Assembly (NCBI RefSeq): GCF_008831285.2
Contig: NC_045138.2
Location: forward strand, 5,828,001-5,892,000
Source: Nymphaea colorata
Taxonomy: Eukaryota
Length of the DNA stretch: 64,000 nucleotides
Direction: 5' to 3'
The first letter of the stretch is position 1, and every line of letters starts with the position of its first letter. The notes beneath the pieces were generated by a model. It was not told where the DNA came from. It did no database searches and saw only the letters and a program-made list of their open reading frames with translations. The translations under genes were made by a program, and so were the position numbers. Below are positions 63,497 through 64,000 of the stretch, in pieces.

Positions 63497-64000
63497 GAGA
63501 GCCGATAAAATGAGAATATATAGCAAAATTTGGGGACAAGAAGTCCCCTATCTACAAAAACAAACCGCAAAAACAGAAGTAAAAGACGAAATATATAATA
63601 CAATGCACAGTGAAATAAAAGAGGTGTGAATAGAGAGGAAAGGTAGAGCGGAATAGTTACTCAGCCGTAGACTGACAGCGGCGCCTCAACCGAATGGCAA
63701 AATAGACATCCCCCTGCACAAGACGAGCCACCGAATCTGGCGAAGAGAAGGTGCCCCTGAAGACCCTGTTGTTGCGCTCCTCCCAAATGCGCCACCAAGT
63801 TGAAATGAGCCACAACCTCCAAACACGACCCCAGAAAGCAGACAGGTGAGGGGAAGGATAAAACAAGAAAAGAAGACAAATGGATGGTGGGTCTGGAAGA
63901 CTACTAACAAACGAAGGCCAGGTAGATGCAAAAACAATAGAGAAGAATAAGCAAGAAGTAAAAAAGTGGACCCGAGACTCAGCCGCGGCAAGACACAAGA
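63497..64000 (-). mobile_element. 3' end of an L1-type LINE: ORF2 C-terminus (to stop at 63657-63659) plus about 160-nt 3' UTR; continues past the window
   Basis: C-x8-H-x4-C knuckle (CLAAAESRVHFFTSC) followed by WWRIWEERNNRVF, the usual plant L1 ORF2 C-terminal motif. Confidence 0.88.

Overview
Angiosperm nuclear DNA (GT-AG introns, (TA)n/(GA)n microsatellites, plant retroelements). The only clearly intact gene is a 6-exon amino acid permease (AAP family, 1026-3208, +, 480 aa). A spliced but broken copy of the plastid-division dynamin ARC5/DRP5B (about 12.7-30.2 kb, -) is interrupted by two Ty1/Copia elements, one nested in a Ty3/Gypsy gag remnant. A third, internally deleted Copia lies at 37284-41043. 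Two disrupted, closely related CC-NB-LRR genes (42.1-44.2 kb and 49.1-53.1 kb) flank a two-exon ERCC1 fragment bounded by 52-bp direct repeats; the second NLR has a regular alternating 20-aa LRR array. The right end is a local segmental duplication carrying nested hAT-type MITEs, a 3.85-kb solo LTR and the 3' end of an L1-type LINE. Most notable: three copies of that LINE 3' end all lack poly(A), carry a conserved GGGGAC-N5-GTCCCC hairpin and abut (TC)n/(GA)n sequence in the same orientation, suggesting a microsatellite-targeting plant L1 family. All coordinates and identities were read by eye; no searches were run.
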